Positions 38,849 to 48,258 of a DNA stretch of 64,000 nt are shown here, one piece after another. Position numbers and translations under genes: made by a program. Source of the stretch: Alphaproteobacteria bacterium (GTDB lineage: Bacteria > Pseudomonadota > Alphaproteobacteria > UBA7887); contig OZ241745.1 in assembly GCA_965201115.1 (NCBI GenBank), positions 2,534,340 through 2,598,339 of the forward strand, in the 5' to 3' direction. Positions within the stretch are counted from its first letter, which is position 1. Each line of letters starts with the position of its first letter. The notes beneath the pieces were generated by a model, which saw nothing but the letters and a program-made list of their open reading frames with translations, ran no database searches and was not told the origin of the DNA.

Positions 38849-40372
38849 ATGCCTGCCGATGCGGCGCGCGGCCTCGAAATCGAGATCAAGCTGGCCGGCG
38901 CGCCGCCGGCGCTGCGCAAGGCGTTCGCCAGCCTGGGCGGCGGCGCGCCGCGCGCGGAGCCGACAGTTAGCGCCTATTACGACACGGCGGACGCGCGCCT
39001 GTGGCGGCGCGGTTTCACGTTGCGGCTGCGCGCGGCGGGCGGCGCGCACGAATTGACGCTCAAGCGTGCGTCGGGCGCGGCGCTGGCGCGCGGGGAATGG
39101 ACCGCGCGGGTCGCCGAGCCCGCGCCGCATATCGGCCTTTTGCCGGCGGATTCGCCGCGCGCCGAGATCGGCGCCGTGCTGCCGGAAGAACTCGAGCGCG
39201 CCTTCGTCAGCGAGATTGCGCGCAGGAAGAAGCGGATCGAGGCCGGCGGCGCGCGCGTCGAGGCGGCGCTGGACGAAGGGCGCATCGCGGGCGGCGGCCG
39301 CGAACGCGCCGTGGCGGAGATCGAACTCGAACTGCTCGAGGGGCCGCTCGCCGGCATGCTGAAATGCGCGCGCGCGCTTCTTGCGGCGCACGAATTGCAC
39401 ATCGGAACCGTGTCGAAAGCCGCGCGTGGGCGCGCGCTCGTCGCCGATGCGCCGACGCCGGCGGCGAAAGCGGAACGTCCGGTCTTTTCCCGGTCCGGCC
39501 CGCTCTCGGGCGCCGTTCGCGCCATCGTTTCGCAGACCGCGGCGCATATCTTCGGGAATCTGGCGGCGGCGGCGGATGGGCGCGACACGGAGGGGGTGCA
39601 TCAGCTGCGGGTGGGGCTGCGGCGGCTGCGCACGTTGCTCGCGCTATTGCCCGAGGGCGTTTTGCCGCGTCCGCCGGGGTTTGCCGGCGAGGCGAGGCGG
39701 GCGCTGCGCGCGCTGGGCCCGGCGCGCGATCTCGACGTATTCATTGCCGAAACGCTGCCGCCGGTAGCGCGCGCCAACCCGGGGACGCCGGAGCTGGCGC
39801 GCCTCGCCGCGCTGGCGGAGACGCGCGCCCGCGCGGCTTACGACGATGTGCGCGCGCTGCTGGCCGGCCGGCGCTTCAATCTGTTTCTGATCGATCTGCT
39901 GCTGCTTGCCGAGGGCGAGCCGGCGCCGGAAGGCGCGGCGGCGGAAACGGCGCCGGCCGCCCTGGCGGGGCCGTTGTTGCGCAAGCGCTACCGCAAGGTT
40001 ATCCGCGCGGGGCGGGGGTTCGAGGCGCTTTCGCCGCCGGAGCGCCACGCAGCGCGCATTGCGCTCAAGAAGCTGCGTTACGCCTGCGATTATTTCCAGA
40101 GCCTGTATCCGCGCAAGGCGGCGCGCCCGTGGCTGGCGGCGATGGCGAAGCTGCAGGACGCGCTGGGCCGCCTGAACGACGCGGCGGTCGCGGAGCGGTT
40201 GGCGAACGGGATCGCGGCGGACGACACGGAGGCGCGCATCGGCGCGGCGGCGGTCAAGGGCTGGTATAGTCACCGGCTGCGGGCGGTCGATTCGCGGACG
40301 GTCGCGGCGTGGCGGGCGTTTGCCGCGGCGCGGCCGTTTTGGCGCGCCGCCGCCGGGAGCGGACGCGGATGA
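38849..40372 (+). CDS. CYTH and CHAD domain-containing protein
   Basis: EIEIK CYTH motif, YYDT.D..L, EIELEL; CHAD motifs VHQLRVGLRRLR, HAARIALKKLRY, LQDALGRLND. Confidence 0.92.
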   Translation: MPADAARGLEIEIKLAGAPPALRKAFASLGGGAPRAEPTVSAYYDTADARLWRRGFTLRLRAAGGAHELTLKRASGAALARGEWTARVAEPAPHIGLLPADSPRAEIGAVLPEELERAFVSEIARRKKRIEAGGARVEAALDEGRIAGGGRERAVAEIELELLEGPLAGMLKCARALLAAHELHIGTVSKAARGRALVADAPTPAAKAERPVFSRSGPLSGAVRAIVSQTAAHIFGNLAAAADGRDTEGVHQLRVGLRRLRTLLALLPEGVLPRPPGFAGEARRALRALGPARDLDVFIAETLPPVARANPGTPELARLAALAETRARAAYDDVRALLAGRRFNLFLIDLLLLAEGEPAPEGAAAETAPAALAGPLLRKRYRKVIRAGRGFEALSPPERHAARIALKKLRYACDYFQSLYPRKAARPWLAAMAKLQDALGRLNDAAVAERLANGIAADDTEARIGAAAVKGWYSHRLRAVDSRTVAAWRAFAAARPFWRAAAGSGRG

Positions 40373-41004
40373 TTTCGGTATTGGTGGCGAACGCGAAAGG
40401 CGGCTGCGGCAAGACCACGGTGGCCACCAATCTGGCGTCGGCGTTTGCGAATTCGGGGTTGCGCACGGCGCTGGCCGAGGGCGATCGGCAGCGTTCGAGC
40501 CTGCGCTGGCTGGCGCGCCGGCCGGCCGAGGCCGCGCCGATCGAGGCGCTCGACTGGCGCGGCGCGGCGGAAGGGAGGCCGCGCAAGCTCGATCGGCTGG
40601 TTATCGACGCCGGCGCGGGGCTGGGCTCGAAGCGTGTGCGGGAGTTTCTCGGGCGGGCCGATCTGCTGATCATGCCGGTGCTGCCGTCGTTTTTCGACGA
40701 GGCGGCGACGCGGCGGTTTCTCAAGCGCGTGGATCGGCTGAAGCCGATACGCAGCGGGCGCAAGCCGGTCGCGGTCGTGGCCAACCGGGTGCGCAAGGGG
40801 ACGCGCGCCGCGGCCGAGCTCGAGTCTTTTCTCGCCGGCCTGGGCCACGAGGTGGCGGCGCGGCTCGCCAGCCGCGCGATCTACCAGGAGGTGGCGCGGC
40901 AGGGCCTGGGGATATTCGACGTTGCGCCCTCGCGCCGCGCCGAGGTCGTCGCCGACTGGATCTCGCTCGTGCGCCTCGTGGAGAGATCGGGGGACGAGGG
41001 GTAG
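40369..41004 (+). CDS. Short ParA/MinD family ATPase
   Basis: NAKGGCGKTT, LVIDAGAG; ATGA-coupled to the CHAD gene. Confidence 0.88.
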   Translation: MISVLVANAKGGCGKTTVATNLASAFANSGLRTALAEGDRQRSSLRWLARRPAEAAPIEALDWRGAAEGRPRKLDRLVIDAGAGLGSKRVREFLGRADLLIMPVLPSFFDEAATRRFLKRVDRLKPIRSGRKPVAVVANRVRKGTRAAAELESFLAGLGHEVAARLASRAIYQEVARQGLGIFDVAPSRRAEVVADWISLVRLVERSGDEG

Positions 41005-41134
41005 TACCGAGGGGTATCGATGTTCGGCTCGGGGTGCCGGGCATTCTTGCCCGCACGTCTCGACAGCTGCCGGGAACGCCGGACTGCGTGGCGCTGTGGC
41101 CGCGCCCTCTTGGGCAGCGCCGCGGCTTGCGGGA

Positions 41135-41885
41135 ACGTGCGGGCGAGACGCCCGCGCACCCAGGAAGTGCGGCTTGCGGGAGCGTGCGGGCGAGATGCCC
41201 GCGCACCCAGGCCCCGCCTTCGGCGGGGTTGCGGTACTTGACGGGGCGCTATGGCTACGCCCTCTTGGGCAACGCTGCGCCTTGCAGGAACGTGCGGGCA
41301 GGATGCCCGCGGTCCCAGGCCCCGCCTTCGGCGGGGTTGCGGTACTTGACGGGGCGCTATGGCCGCGCCCTCTTGGGCAACGCTGCGCCTTGCAGGAACG
41401 TGCGGGCAGGATGCCCGCGGTCCCAGGCCCCGCCTTCGGCGGGGTTGCGGTACTTGACGGGGCGCTATGGCCGCGCCCTCTTGGGCAACGCCGCGCCTTG
41501 CAGGAACGTGCGGGCAGGATGCCCGCGGTCCCAGGCCCTGCCTTCGGCGGGGTTGCGGTACTTGACGGGGCGCTATGGCCGCGCCCTCTTGGGCAACGCT
41601 GCGCTTTGCAGGAACGTGCGGGCAGGATGCCCGCGGTCCCAGGCCCCGCCTTCGGCGGGGTTGCGGTACTTGACGGGGCGCTATGGCTACGCCCTCTTGG
41701 GCAACGCTGCGCCTTGCAGGAACGTGCGGGCAGGATGCCCGCGGTCCCAGGCCCCGCCTTCGGCGGGGTTGCGGTACTTGACGGGGCGCTACGGCTGCGC
41801 CCTCTTGGGCAACGCTGCGCCTTGCGGGAACGTGCGGGCAGGATGCCCGCGGTCCCAGGCCCCGCCTTCGGCGGGGTTGCAGTAC
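41135..41885 (+). repeat. Tandem array of 108-bp REP-containing units (six full units plus partial)
   Basis: ggtacttgac recurs at 41233, 41341, 41449, 41557, 41665, 41773; units are nearly identical. Confidence 0.95.
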
Positions 41886-41914
41886 CGGGGGGGGGGGGCG
41901 CGCTTTCGGCGGGG

Positions 41915-43117
41915 TCAGCGTTTGGGGGCCATGAATCCGCCCATGAAGCTGGATTCGGACCCGCCGACCGACCGCGTGTGGCCGCCCAGGGTTCCGGCGG
42001 CGAGCCGGGGCTCGCCGTCGTCGAGTATGTTGGAGAACCGGCCTCCCCATGCGTTTTCCGAACTGAGGCCGGGCGTGTCGCCGACCGCCGCCTCGAACCG
42101 CGGATTCCGCAGCGTCACGCTGTTGCTTTGGAACGTTCCGTCGGGCCGGATGGCGGCCGCGCCCAGTTCGAGCTCGACGCTGGAACGGGCGAACGGGCCG
42201 TATAGACGTTCTCCGGTCTCGCCGTCCACACGCGTAACGCTGTGGATGTTCACGGGCAACACGTCGCAGCCGACGCAGCCGGAGATTGTCGGGGTTTCGC
42301 CGCCGAATTCGGCCTGCAGTTCGACCGCGCCCTCGAACGCGCCGAACTCCACGGTGCCGGGCGCCCGGTAAAAGCTTGCCGCCGGGTCGCTGAAGTCCGT
42401 TCCGTAACGCGTGAAGAACGAGCCGGCCGCCAGACCGCGATAGATCGCCGTTCCCGCGGTCGGCATCGGGTCGGGCGGCGTCCTGAGTTCCGGGCCGTCG
42501 GCGAACACGCCGGTTTCTACCCAGCCGACGTGGTCGTTGGCCAAATCGCCGGTCATGTATATCCATGCGCCGATGGCGACCCAGTCGCCGCGGTCATCGC
42601 GCGTCCATCCCGCCGATACTTGGGCGTTCAGCAACCGCGAATCGCTCAACACCCTGCTGAAAGCCATGTTTTGGGCGGTAAACCCGGCGGCCAGGTCGGC
42701 CGGGGCCGGCTGCTCGTCCTCGACCGGGACGCCGGGATCGAACGGAATGCGGTCGTCCGCGCTCAGCGTCAGCGCGTCGCGGCCGGCCGCGCGCTCGATT
42801 GCGAGGCTCAGGTCTCCGCCGGCGAACGCGGCGCCGACGCGGTCGGCCGTTGCGCCCGTCTCGTCGAGGTTGGTCGATTGGGTTATGCCGCCGCCCTCGA
42901 ACCGGGGCGACGCGCTCGACGCGCGCAGGGCCGCGTTCAACACCAGCGCCGGGTTGCCGGCGCGCGCGTCTCCGTCGCCGCGCTCGGGCCGTTCGGGCGG
43001 CGCGGGCCGTTCTTCGGGCGGCGGCGCGGGATCCGCGGTTACGGCGGTCGAATTGTTGCACGCGGCGAGCGCCAGGGCCGCCGCGGCGACCGGCAATGCG
43101 TAATACTTGAGGCTCAT
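41915..43117 (-). CDS. Surface lipoprotein with TbpB-like C-terminal beta-barrel
   Basis: Lipobox LAAC, Pro-rich linker, PTAGTAIYRG..A.FG..TISG..WGGRF..AGTLGG pattern. Confidence 0.7.
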   Translation of the reverse strand: MSLKYYALPVAAAALALAACNNSTAVTADPAPPPEERPAPPERPERGDGDARAGNPALVLNAALRASSASPRFEGGGITQSTNLDETGATADRVGAAFAGGDLSLAIERAAGRDALTLSADDRIPFDPGVPVEDEQPAPADLAAGFTAQNMAFSRVLSDSRLLNAQVSAGWTRDDRGDWVAIGAWIYMTGDLANDHVGWVETGVFADGPELRTPPDPMPTAGTAIYRGLAAGSFFTRYGTDFSDPAASFYRAPGTVEFGAFEGAVELQAEFGGETPTISGCVGCDVLPVNIHSVTRVDGETGERLYGPFARSSVELELGAAAIRPDGTFQSNSVTLRNPRFEAAVGDTPGLSSENAWGGRFSNILDDGEPRLAAGTLGGHTRSVGGSESSFMGGFMAPKR

Positions 43118-43186
43118 GGATCCCTCCCGTTCGGCCGCCGGCCCGGGCGGCGGCGGCGTTCTCAATCGCACACGCCGCGGCGCGCG

Positions 43187-44107
43187 TCAATAGGCCTGCG
43201 GAACGTAGAGTTCGCGCGGCAGCACGCTGCGCTCGTAATCGTCGTTGAACACCCGTTCGGGCAGTTCCACGGGCCGGTGGGGCACTTCTCCGTAGGGCGC
43301 CTGGCCGAGCAGGTGGCGTATGCAGTTCAGCCGCGCGCGCTTCTTGTCGTTGCCCTCGACAATCCACCACGGCGCTTCGGGGATATTCGTGCGGTCGAAC
43401 ATGTCTTCCTTGGCGCGCGTGTATTCTTCCCACAGCACGCGCGACTGCAGGTCCATGTCGCTCAGCTTCCATTGTTTCATCGGGTCGTATATGCGCATGA
43501 GGAAGCGGAACTGTTGTTCGCGGTCGGTGATCGAGAACCAGTACTTGACGAGTTTTATGCCGGAGCGGACGAGCATGCGCTCGAACTCGGGCACGTCGCG
43601 GAAAAACGCCTCCACCTGGCCGGGCGCGGCGAAGTTCATGACGCGCTCGACGCCGGCGCGGTTGTACCACGAGCGATCGAACAGCACGATTTCGCCGCCC
43701 GCCGGCAGATGCGGCGCGTAGCGCTGGAAGTACCACTGGGTTTTTTCGCGTTCGGACGGCGCGCCGAGGGCGACGACGCGGCACACGCGCGGGTCGAGCC
43801 GCTGGGTAATGCGCTTGATGACGCCGCCCTTGCCGGCGGCGTCGCGCCCCTCGAAGAGAACGACGAGCTTGTAGCCCGTGGCGACGACCCAGTCCTGCAG
43901 TTTGACGAGCTCGGTTTGCAGGCGGAACAGTTCGTGGAAGTATTCGCGCCGCGGGAGCGTCGATTTGCCGCGCATCCGTTCGACCGCGCGGAGTTCGCGC
44001 GGCACGCGCCCGTCGTCGATTTCGAGTTCGAGCTCTTCGTCCAGACTGTCCTCGAGTTCGGTTTCGACCCACGACCGTTCGGCCGCGCCGCCGCGTTCGC
44101 CCATCAT
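43187..44107 (-). CDS. ppk2: Polyphosphate kinase 2
   Basis: FEGRDAAGKGG, QWYFQRY, LFDRSWYNRAGVERVM, WKLS..D, KKRARLN. Confidence 0.96.
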   Translation of the reverse strand: MMGERGGAAERSWVETELEDSLDEELELEIDDGRVPRELRAVERMRGKSTLPRREYFHELFRLQTELVKLQDWVVATGYKLVVLFEGRDAAGKGGVIKRITQRLDPRVCRVVALGAPSEREKTQWYFQRYAPHLPAGGEIVLFDRSWYNRAGVERVMNFAAPGQVEAFFRDVPEFERMLVRSGIKLVKYWFSITDREQQFRFLMRIYDPMKQWKLSDMDLQSRVLWEEYTRAKEDMFDRTNIPEAPWWIVEGNDKKRARLNCIRHLLGQAPYGEVPHRPVELPERVFNDDYERSVLPRELYVPQAY

Positions 44108-44230
44108 CGCGCCTGCCCTGTTGTCCGCGCCGCCCGCGCCACACTAGCCGACCGGCCGGCCGAACGCCAACGCGGCGCCGGCCGGCGCGGCCGCGCTTCG
44201 CCGGGGAACGGGGGCGCCGGCGGTTCGCCG

Positions 44231-46030
44231 TTACGAGGCGCGGGCGCGGACGTAGGTTCCGGGGGCGGGGGCCAGGGGCTCGAGGGCGCCGCCGCCGGGC
44301 TCGCGGGCGGGGACTTCGCCGCCGGCCAGCGGCGCCTGCCATGCGTCCCAGTCGGGCCACCACGACCCTTCGTTGGCGCGCGCGCCGGCGAGCCATTCAT
44401 CGGGATCCGCGGGCAGCGCGTCGTTGGTCATGTGCGGGTAGCGGGCGGTTTGCGGGGAATTCGTTATGCCCGCGATGTGGCCCGACCCGGCGAGCGCGAA
44501 GCGCGCCGGCCCGCCGTAGAGCCGCGCCGAGGCGTAGCACGATTTCCACGGCGCGATGTGGTCCTCGCGCGACGCGAGGATATAGACCGGGGCGGTTACC
44601 TTCCGCAGGTCGATGGCCTCGCCGGCGAGCGTAATCCCGCCGGGGACGGCGAGCAGGTTTTCGCGGTACATGTTGCGCAGGTAAAACGAGTGCATGCGCG
44701 CCGGCATGCGCGTCGAATCGGCGTTCCAGTAGAGCAGGTCGAAGGGAACGGGCGCCTTGCCCATCAGGTAGTTGTGGACGACGAACGACCAGATCAGGTC
44801 GTTGGCGCGCAGCATGTTGAAGGTCGTGGACATTGCCGAGGCGTCGAGATAGCCGCCGGCGCGCTCCATGCGCTGTTCCAGCGCCGCGATCTGCTCGTCG
44901 TCGATGAACACGCCGAGGTCTCCGGGTTCGGAGAAATCCGCGAGGCTGTTCATGAAGGTCGCGGATGCGATGCGGTCGTCGCCGCGCGCCGCGAGCCAGC
45001 CGAGCGCGCAGGCCAGCAGCGTTCCGCCGAGGCACAGCGACGCCGCCGCGACCTCGCGCTCTCCGGTCGCGCGCTCGATGGCGTCGAGCGCGGCGATGGG
45101 GCCCTCGAGCATGTAGTCGTCGAACGTCTTGCCGCTCAGGCGCTCGCCGGGGTTGACCCACGAGATCATGAAGACCGTGTAGCCCTGGCCCACCGCCCAC
45201 CGGACGAACGAGTTTTCGGGCCGCAGGTCGAGAACGTAGAACTTGTTGATCCACGGCGGGACGATCAGCAGCGGGCGGCGGCGCGCGCGCGCGGTCGCGG
45301 CGTCGTACTGGATCAGCTCCATCATGTCGTTGCGGAACACGACCTGTCCGGGCGTCGCGGCGATGTCGCGCCCGACCTCGAAGGCGCCGGTATCGGTCAT
45401 GGCGATTTTCAGCGCGCCGTCTCCGGCCTCGAGGTCGCGAAGCAGGTTGTCGAGGCCGCGCACGAGGTTTTCGCCGCCGGTGGCGAGGGTTTCGCGCAAC
45501 ACTTCCGGGTTGGTGGCGGCGAAGTTGGTGGGCGCGATGGCGTCGACGAACTGCTGCGTGTAGAACCCGGCCTTGCGCGCCGCCTGTTCGTCGAGCCCCC
45601 CGGTTTCCGCCACGGTCTTGCGAAGCCACTCCGCGGTGAGGAGATAGGACTGCTTGATATGGTCGAACAGCGCGTTTTCCTGCCATGCCGGGTCGCGGAA
45701 GCGGCGGTCGCCGCGTTCGGGCCGGGCGATGGGCGGCGGCGGTTCGCCCTCGCCTCCGGCCATGCGCTCGGCGGTATGGCGCCAGAGGCGCGCGTGGCCG
45801 CGCCACAAGTCGGCCTGCGCGCGCGCGAGCCGCGCCGGGTCGGCCATCATGCGCCCGGTCAGGTCCATGAAGGCGCCGGCGATATTGAGCGGATCGGCGG
45901 CGGGGGCGCCTTCTCCCATGCGGCGGGCGAAGGCGCGCATAATCGCCTGGCTGCGTTCGCCGATGCGTTTCCAGGTTTCGGCGATGTCGGCGGCGCCGGC
46001 GGCGTCGCCGTTGCGGGGCGTTTCGTTCAC
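44231..46030 (-). CDS. phaC: Class I poly(R)-hydroxyalkanoate synthase
   Basis: TPGQVV, PPWINKFYVLDL, SLCLGG lipase box, LRANDL.W, DHIAPW, SGHIAG. Confidence 0.96.
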   Translation of the reverse strand: MNETPRNGDAAGAADIAETWKRIGERSQAIMRAFARRMGEGAPAADPLNIAGAFMDLTGRMMADPARLARAQADLWRGHARLWRHTAERMAGGEGEPPPPIARPERGDRRFRDPAWQENALFDHIKQSYLLTAEWLRKTVAETGGLDEQAARKAGFYTQQFVDAIAPTNFAATNPEVLRETLATGGENLVRGLDNLLRDLEAGDGALKIAMTDTGAFEVGRDIAATPGQVVFRNDMMELIQYDAATARARRRPLLIVPPWINKFYVLDLRPENSFVRWAVGQGYTVFMISWVNPGERLSGKTFDDYMLEGPIAALDAIERATGEREVAAASLCLGGTLLACALGWLAARGDDRIASATFMNSLADFSEPGDLGVFIDDEQIAALEQRMERAGGYLDASAMSTTFNMLRANDLIWSFVVHNYLMGKAPVPFDLLYWNADSTRMPARMHSFYLRNMYRENLLAVPGGITLAGEAIDLRKVTAPVYILASREDHIAPWKSCYASARLYGGPARFALAGSGHIAGITNSPQTARYPHMTNDALPADPDEWLAGARANEGSWWPDWDAWQAPLAGGEVPAREPGGGALEPLAPAPGTYVRARAS

Positions 46031-46193
46031 GTTGCGCTCGTCCGTTCGTTGGCGGGGTTGCGGTCGGCGGCATGGCGCGGGCCGCGAACCTGTACCGGCG
46101 GTTGCGCGCCGCCGCGCTCCGGTGTAGTTTCATGCGGCGCGGCGGCCTCGCCGCGCCCGGCGCCGACGCCATGGAGTTCAAGGACGCCGCCGC

Positions 46194-47027
46194 ATGACGG
46201 TTTTCCACGATATGTTACGCGGCGCGGCGCCGCAAGCGGGCGCGGGGCGCCCGCTCCCGGCGCGCGGCGCCGGCGGGGCGCCGGCGGCCCGGAGGAGAGC
46301 GATGGGCGTTTTCGCCGCCGCGCTCGCCTTGGGCGCGTGCTCCGGCGGCGGCGAAACGCAATGGTACAACCCCGCCGACTGGTACGAGATAATCGCGGGG
46401 GGCGGCGAGGAGCCTGTCGATCCGGCGCTCGCGGCGCGCGTCGCCGCCGAGCGCGCGGGGCCGATACCGGGCGCGGACGAGCCGTATCCCGCGGTCGGTA
46501 CGGTTCCGGGCGCGGCGCCGGCGACGACGCGGGAGGACGAGCGGGCGCGGCTGCGGGAGAACCTGGCCGCGGCGCGCGGCGGCGCGGCGCCGGCCGCCGA
46601 GGCGCCGCCGGTCCCGCCGAGCGCGATGATCGCCGCCGCGGGCGCGGCGCCGGGCGGGCAGGTCCATGTCGCGGTCATACATTACCTGCACGGTTCGGCG
46701 CGGCTGGTTGCGGAGGATCGGACGGTTTTGCGGCGCGTGGCGGATTCGCAGCGCGCGCGCGACGCGGCCGTGCGCATCGTGGGCCACGCCAGCGGGACGG
46801 CGGGGGACGGCGGCGGCCCCCGCGAGACGGTGGCCAATTTCCGCATGGCGCTGAAGCGCGCGCGGGGCGTGGCCGACGAGCTGGCGCAGCTGGGCGTTCC
46901 GGCCGAGCGCATGCTGGTCGAATCGCGGTCGGACGCCGAGCCGGCCTTTTCGAACGCCACCGCTCTCGGCGAGGCGGCGAATCGCCGCGTGGACATCTAT
47001 TTTTTGGCGCCCGTTGCTCCCCGCTGA
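46194..47027 (+). CDS. OmpA family lipoprotein (start uncertain)
   Basis: LGAC lipobox; C-terminal IVGHAS..N...ALKRA..V..NRRVDI. Confidence 0.8.
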   Translation: MTVFHDMLRGAAPQAGAGRPLPARGAGGAPAARRRAMGVFAAALALGACSGGGETQWYNPADWYEIIAGGGEEPVDPALAARVAAERAGPIPGADEPYPAVGTVPGAAPATTREDERARLRENLAAARGGAAPAAEAPPVPPSAMIAAAGAAPGGQVHVAVIHYLHGSARLVAEDRTVLRRVADSQRARDAAVRIVGHASGTAGDGGGPRETVANFRMALKRARGVADELAQLGVPAERMLVESRSDAEPAFSNATALGEAANRRVDIYFLAPVAPR

Positions 47028-47043
47028 CCGCCGGGGGCCGGCG

Positions 47044-48258
47044 ATGAACGAAGATTTCGAGCGCATCGCGCGCCTGCCGCCCTATGTTTTCGCCGAAGTA
47101 AACGAGATGAAGGCCCGCGCGCGCGCCGCCGGCCGCGACGTTATCGATTTCGGCATGGGCAACCCCGACCGCCCGACGCCCGATCATATCGTCGAGAAGC
47201 TGGTGGAGACGGTGCGCAAGCCGCGCACCCATCGGTATTCGACATCGCGCGGGATACCCGGTTTGCGGCGCGCGATGGCGGGCTATTACCGGCGCCGCTT
47301 CGGGGTCGAACTCGATCCGGAGACGGAGATCGTGGCGACGCTGGGCTCGAAGGAGGGGCTGGCCAATCTCGCCTCGGCGATTACGGCGCCCGGCGATACG
47401 GTGCTGGCGCCGAACCCGAGCTACCCTATCCATCCGTATGGGTTCGTCATCGCCGGCGCGGAGGCCGTTCCGGTGCGCTGCGGGCCGGGGGTCGACTACC
47501 TGGCCGAGCTGCGGCGCGCGGCGGGGCAAAGCCCGCGGCCGCCGAAGGCGATGGTGATCAACTTTCCCAACAACCCGACGGCGGAGACGGCCGACCGGGC
47601 GTTTTACGAAGGCGCGGCGGCGTTCGCGCGCGAGCGCGGCATCTGGATACTCTCCGACCTGGCCTACGCGGAGATCTATTTCGACGACCCGCCGCCGCCG
47701 TCGATCCTGGAGGTTCCGGGCGCGACCGACCTTGCGGTGGAGTTTACGTCGTTGAGCAAGACCTACTCGATGCCGGGCTGGCGCATCGGATTCGCGGCCG
47801 GCAACCGGCGGCTGATACAGGCGCTGGCGCGCATCAAGTCGTATTTGGACTATGGGGCGTTCACGCCGATCCAGGTGGCGGCGGCGGCGGCGCTGAACGG
47901 GCCGCAGGACTGCGTGGAGGCCATCCGCGCGCGCTACCGCGAGCGCCGCGACGTTCTGGTGGAGAGTTTCGCGCAAGCGGGGTGGGACATCCCGCGCCCG
48001 CGGGCGACGATGTTCGCCTGGGCGCCGGTTCCGCCGCAATGGCGGGCGACGGGGTCGCTGGCCTTCGCCAAGGCGCTGCTGGCGGACGCCGACGTAGCGG
48101 TGGCGCCGGGAATCGGCTTCGGCGAATACGGCGAGGGTTGGGTGCGGCTGGCGCTGGTGGAAAACCGCCAGCGCATCCGCCAGGCGGCGCGGAGCGTGAA
48201 GGCGTTTCTCGCGCGGTCGGACGAAGCCGCGGCGCCGCGGCGGGCGGCGGCGCTGTGA
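47044..48258 (+). CDS. PLP-dependent class I aminotransferase (AlaC / LL-DAP aminotransferase-like)
   Basis: RLPPYVF, DFGMGNPD, GSKEGLA, SDLAY, SLSKTYSMPGWRIGF. Confidence 0.9.
   Translation: MNEDFERIARLPPYVFAEVNEMKARARAAGRDVIDFGMGNPDRPTPDHIVEKLVETVRKPRTHRYSTSRGIPGLRRAMAGYYRRRFGVELDPETEIVATLGSKEGLANLASAITAPGDTVLAPNPSYPIHPYGFVIAGAEAVPVRCGPGVDYLAELRRAAGQSPRPPKAMVINFPNNPTAETADRAFYEGAAAFARERGIWILSDLAYAEIYFDDPPPPSILEVPGATDLAVEFTSLSKTYSMPGWRIGFAAGNRRLIQALARIKSYLDYGAFTPIQVAAAAALNGPQDCVEAIRARYRERRDVLVESFAQAGWDIPRPRATMFAWAPVPPQWRATGSLAFAKALLADADVAVAPGIGFGEYGEGWVRLALVENRQRIRQAARSVKAFLARSDEAAAPRRAAAL

Noticed and set aside
41135-41885. CRISPR array
   Set aside because: The inter-hairpin segments are near-identical rather than unique spacers, and there are no cas genes; this is a tandem repeat
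41887-41898. G12 run as a second phase-variation switch
   Set aside because: It lies outside any coding region or promoter, downstream of the lipoprotein stop
40881-42566. Long repeat-containing ORFs across the 108-bp array (40320-42371, 40881-42566, 40922-42205)
   Set aside because: They arise from a stop-free unit length divisible by 3, overlap real genes and have no credible start signals
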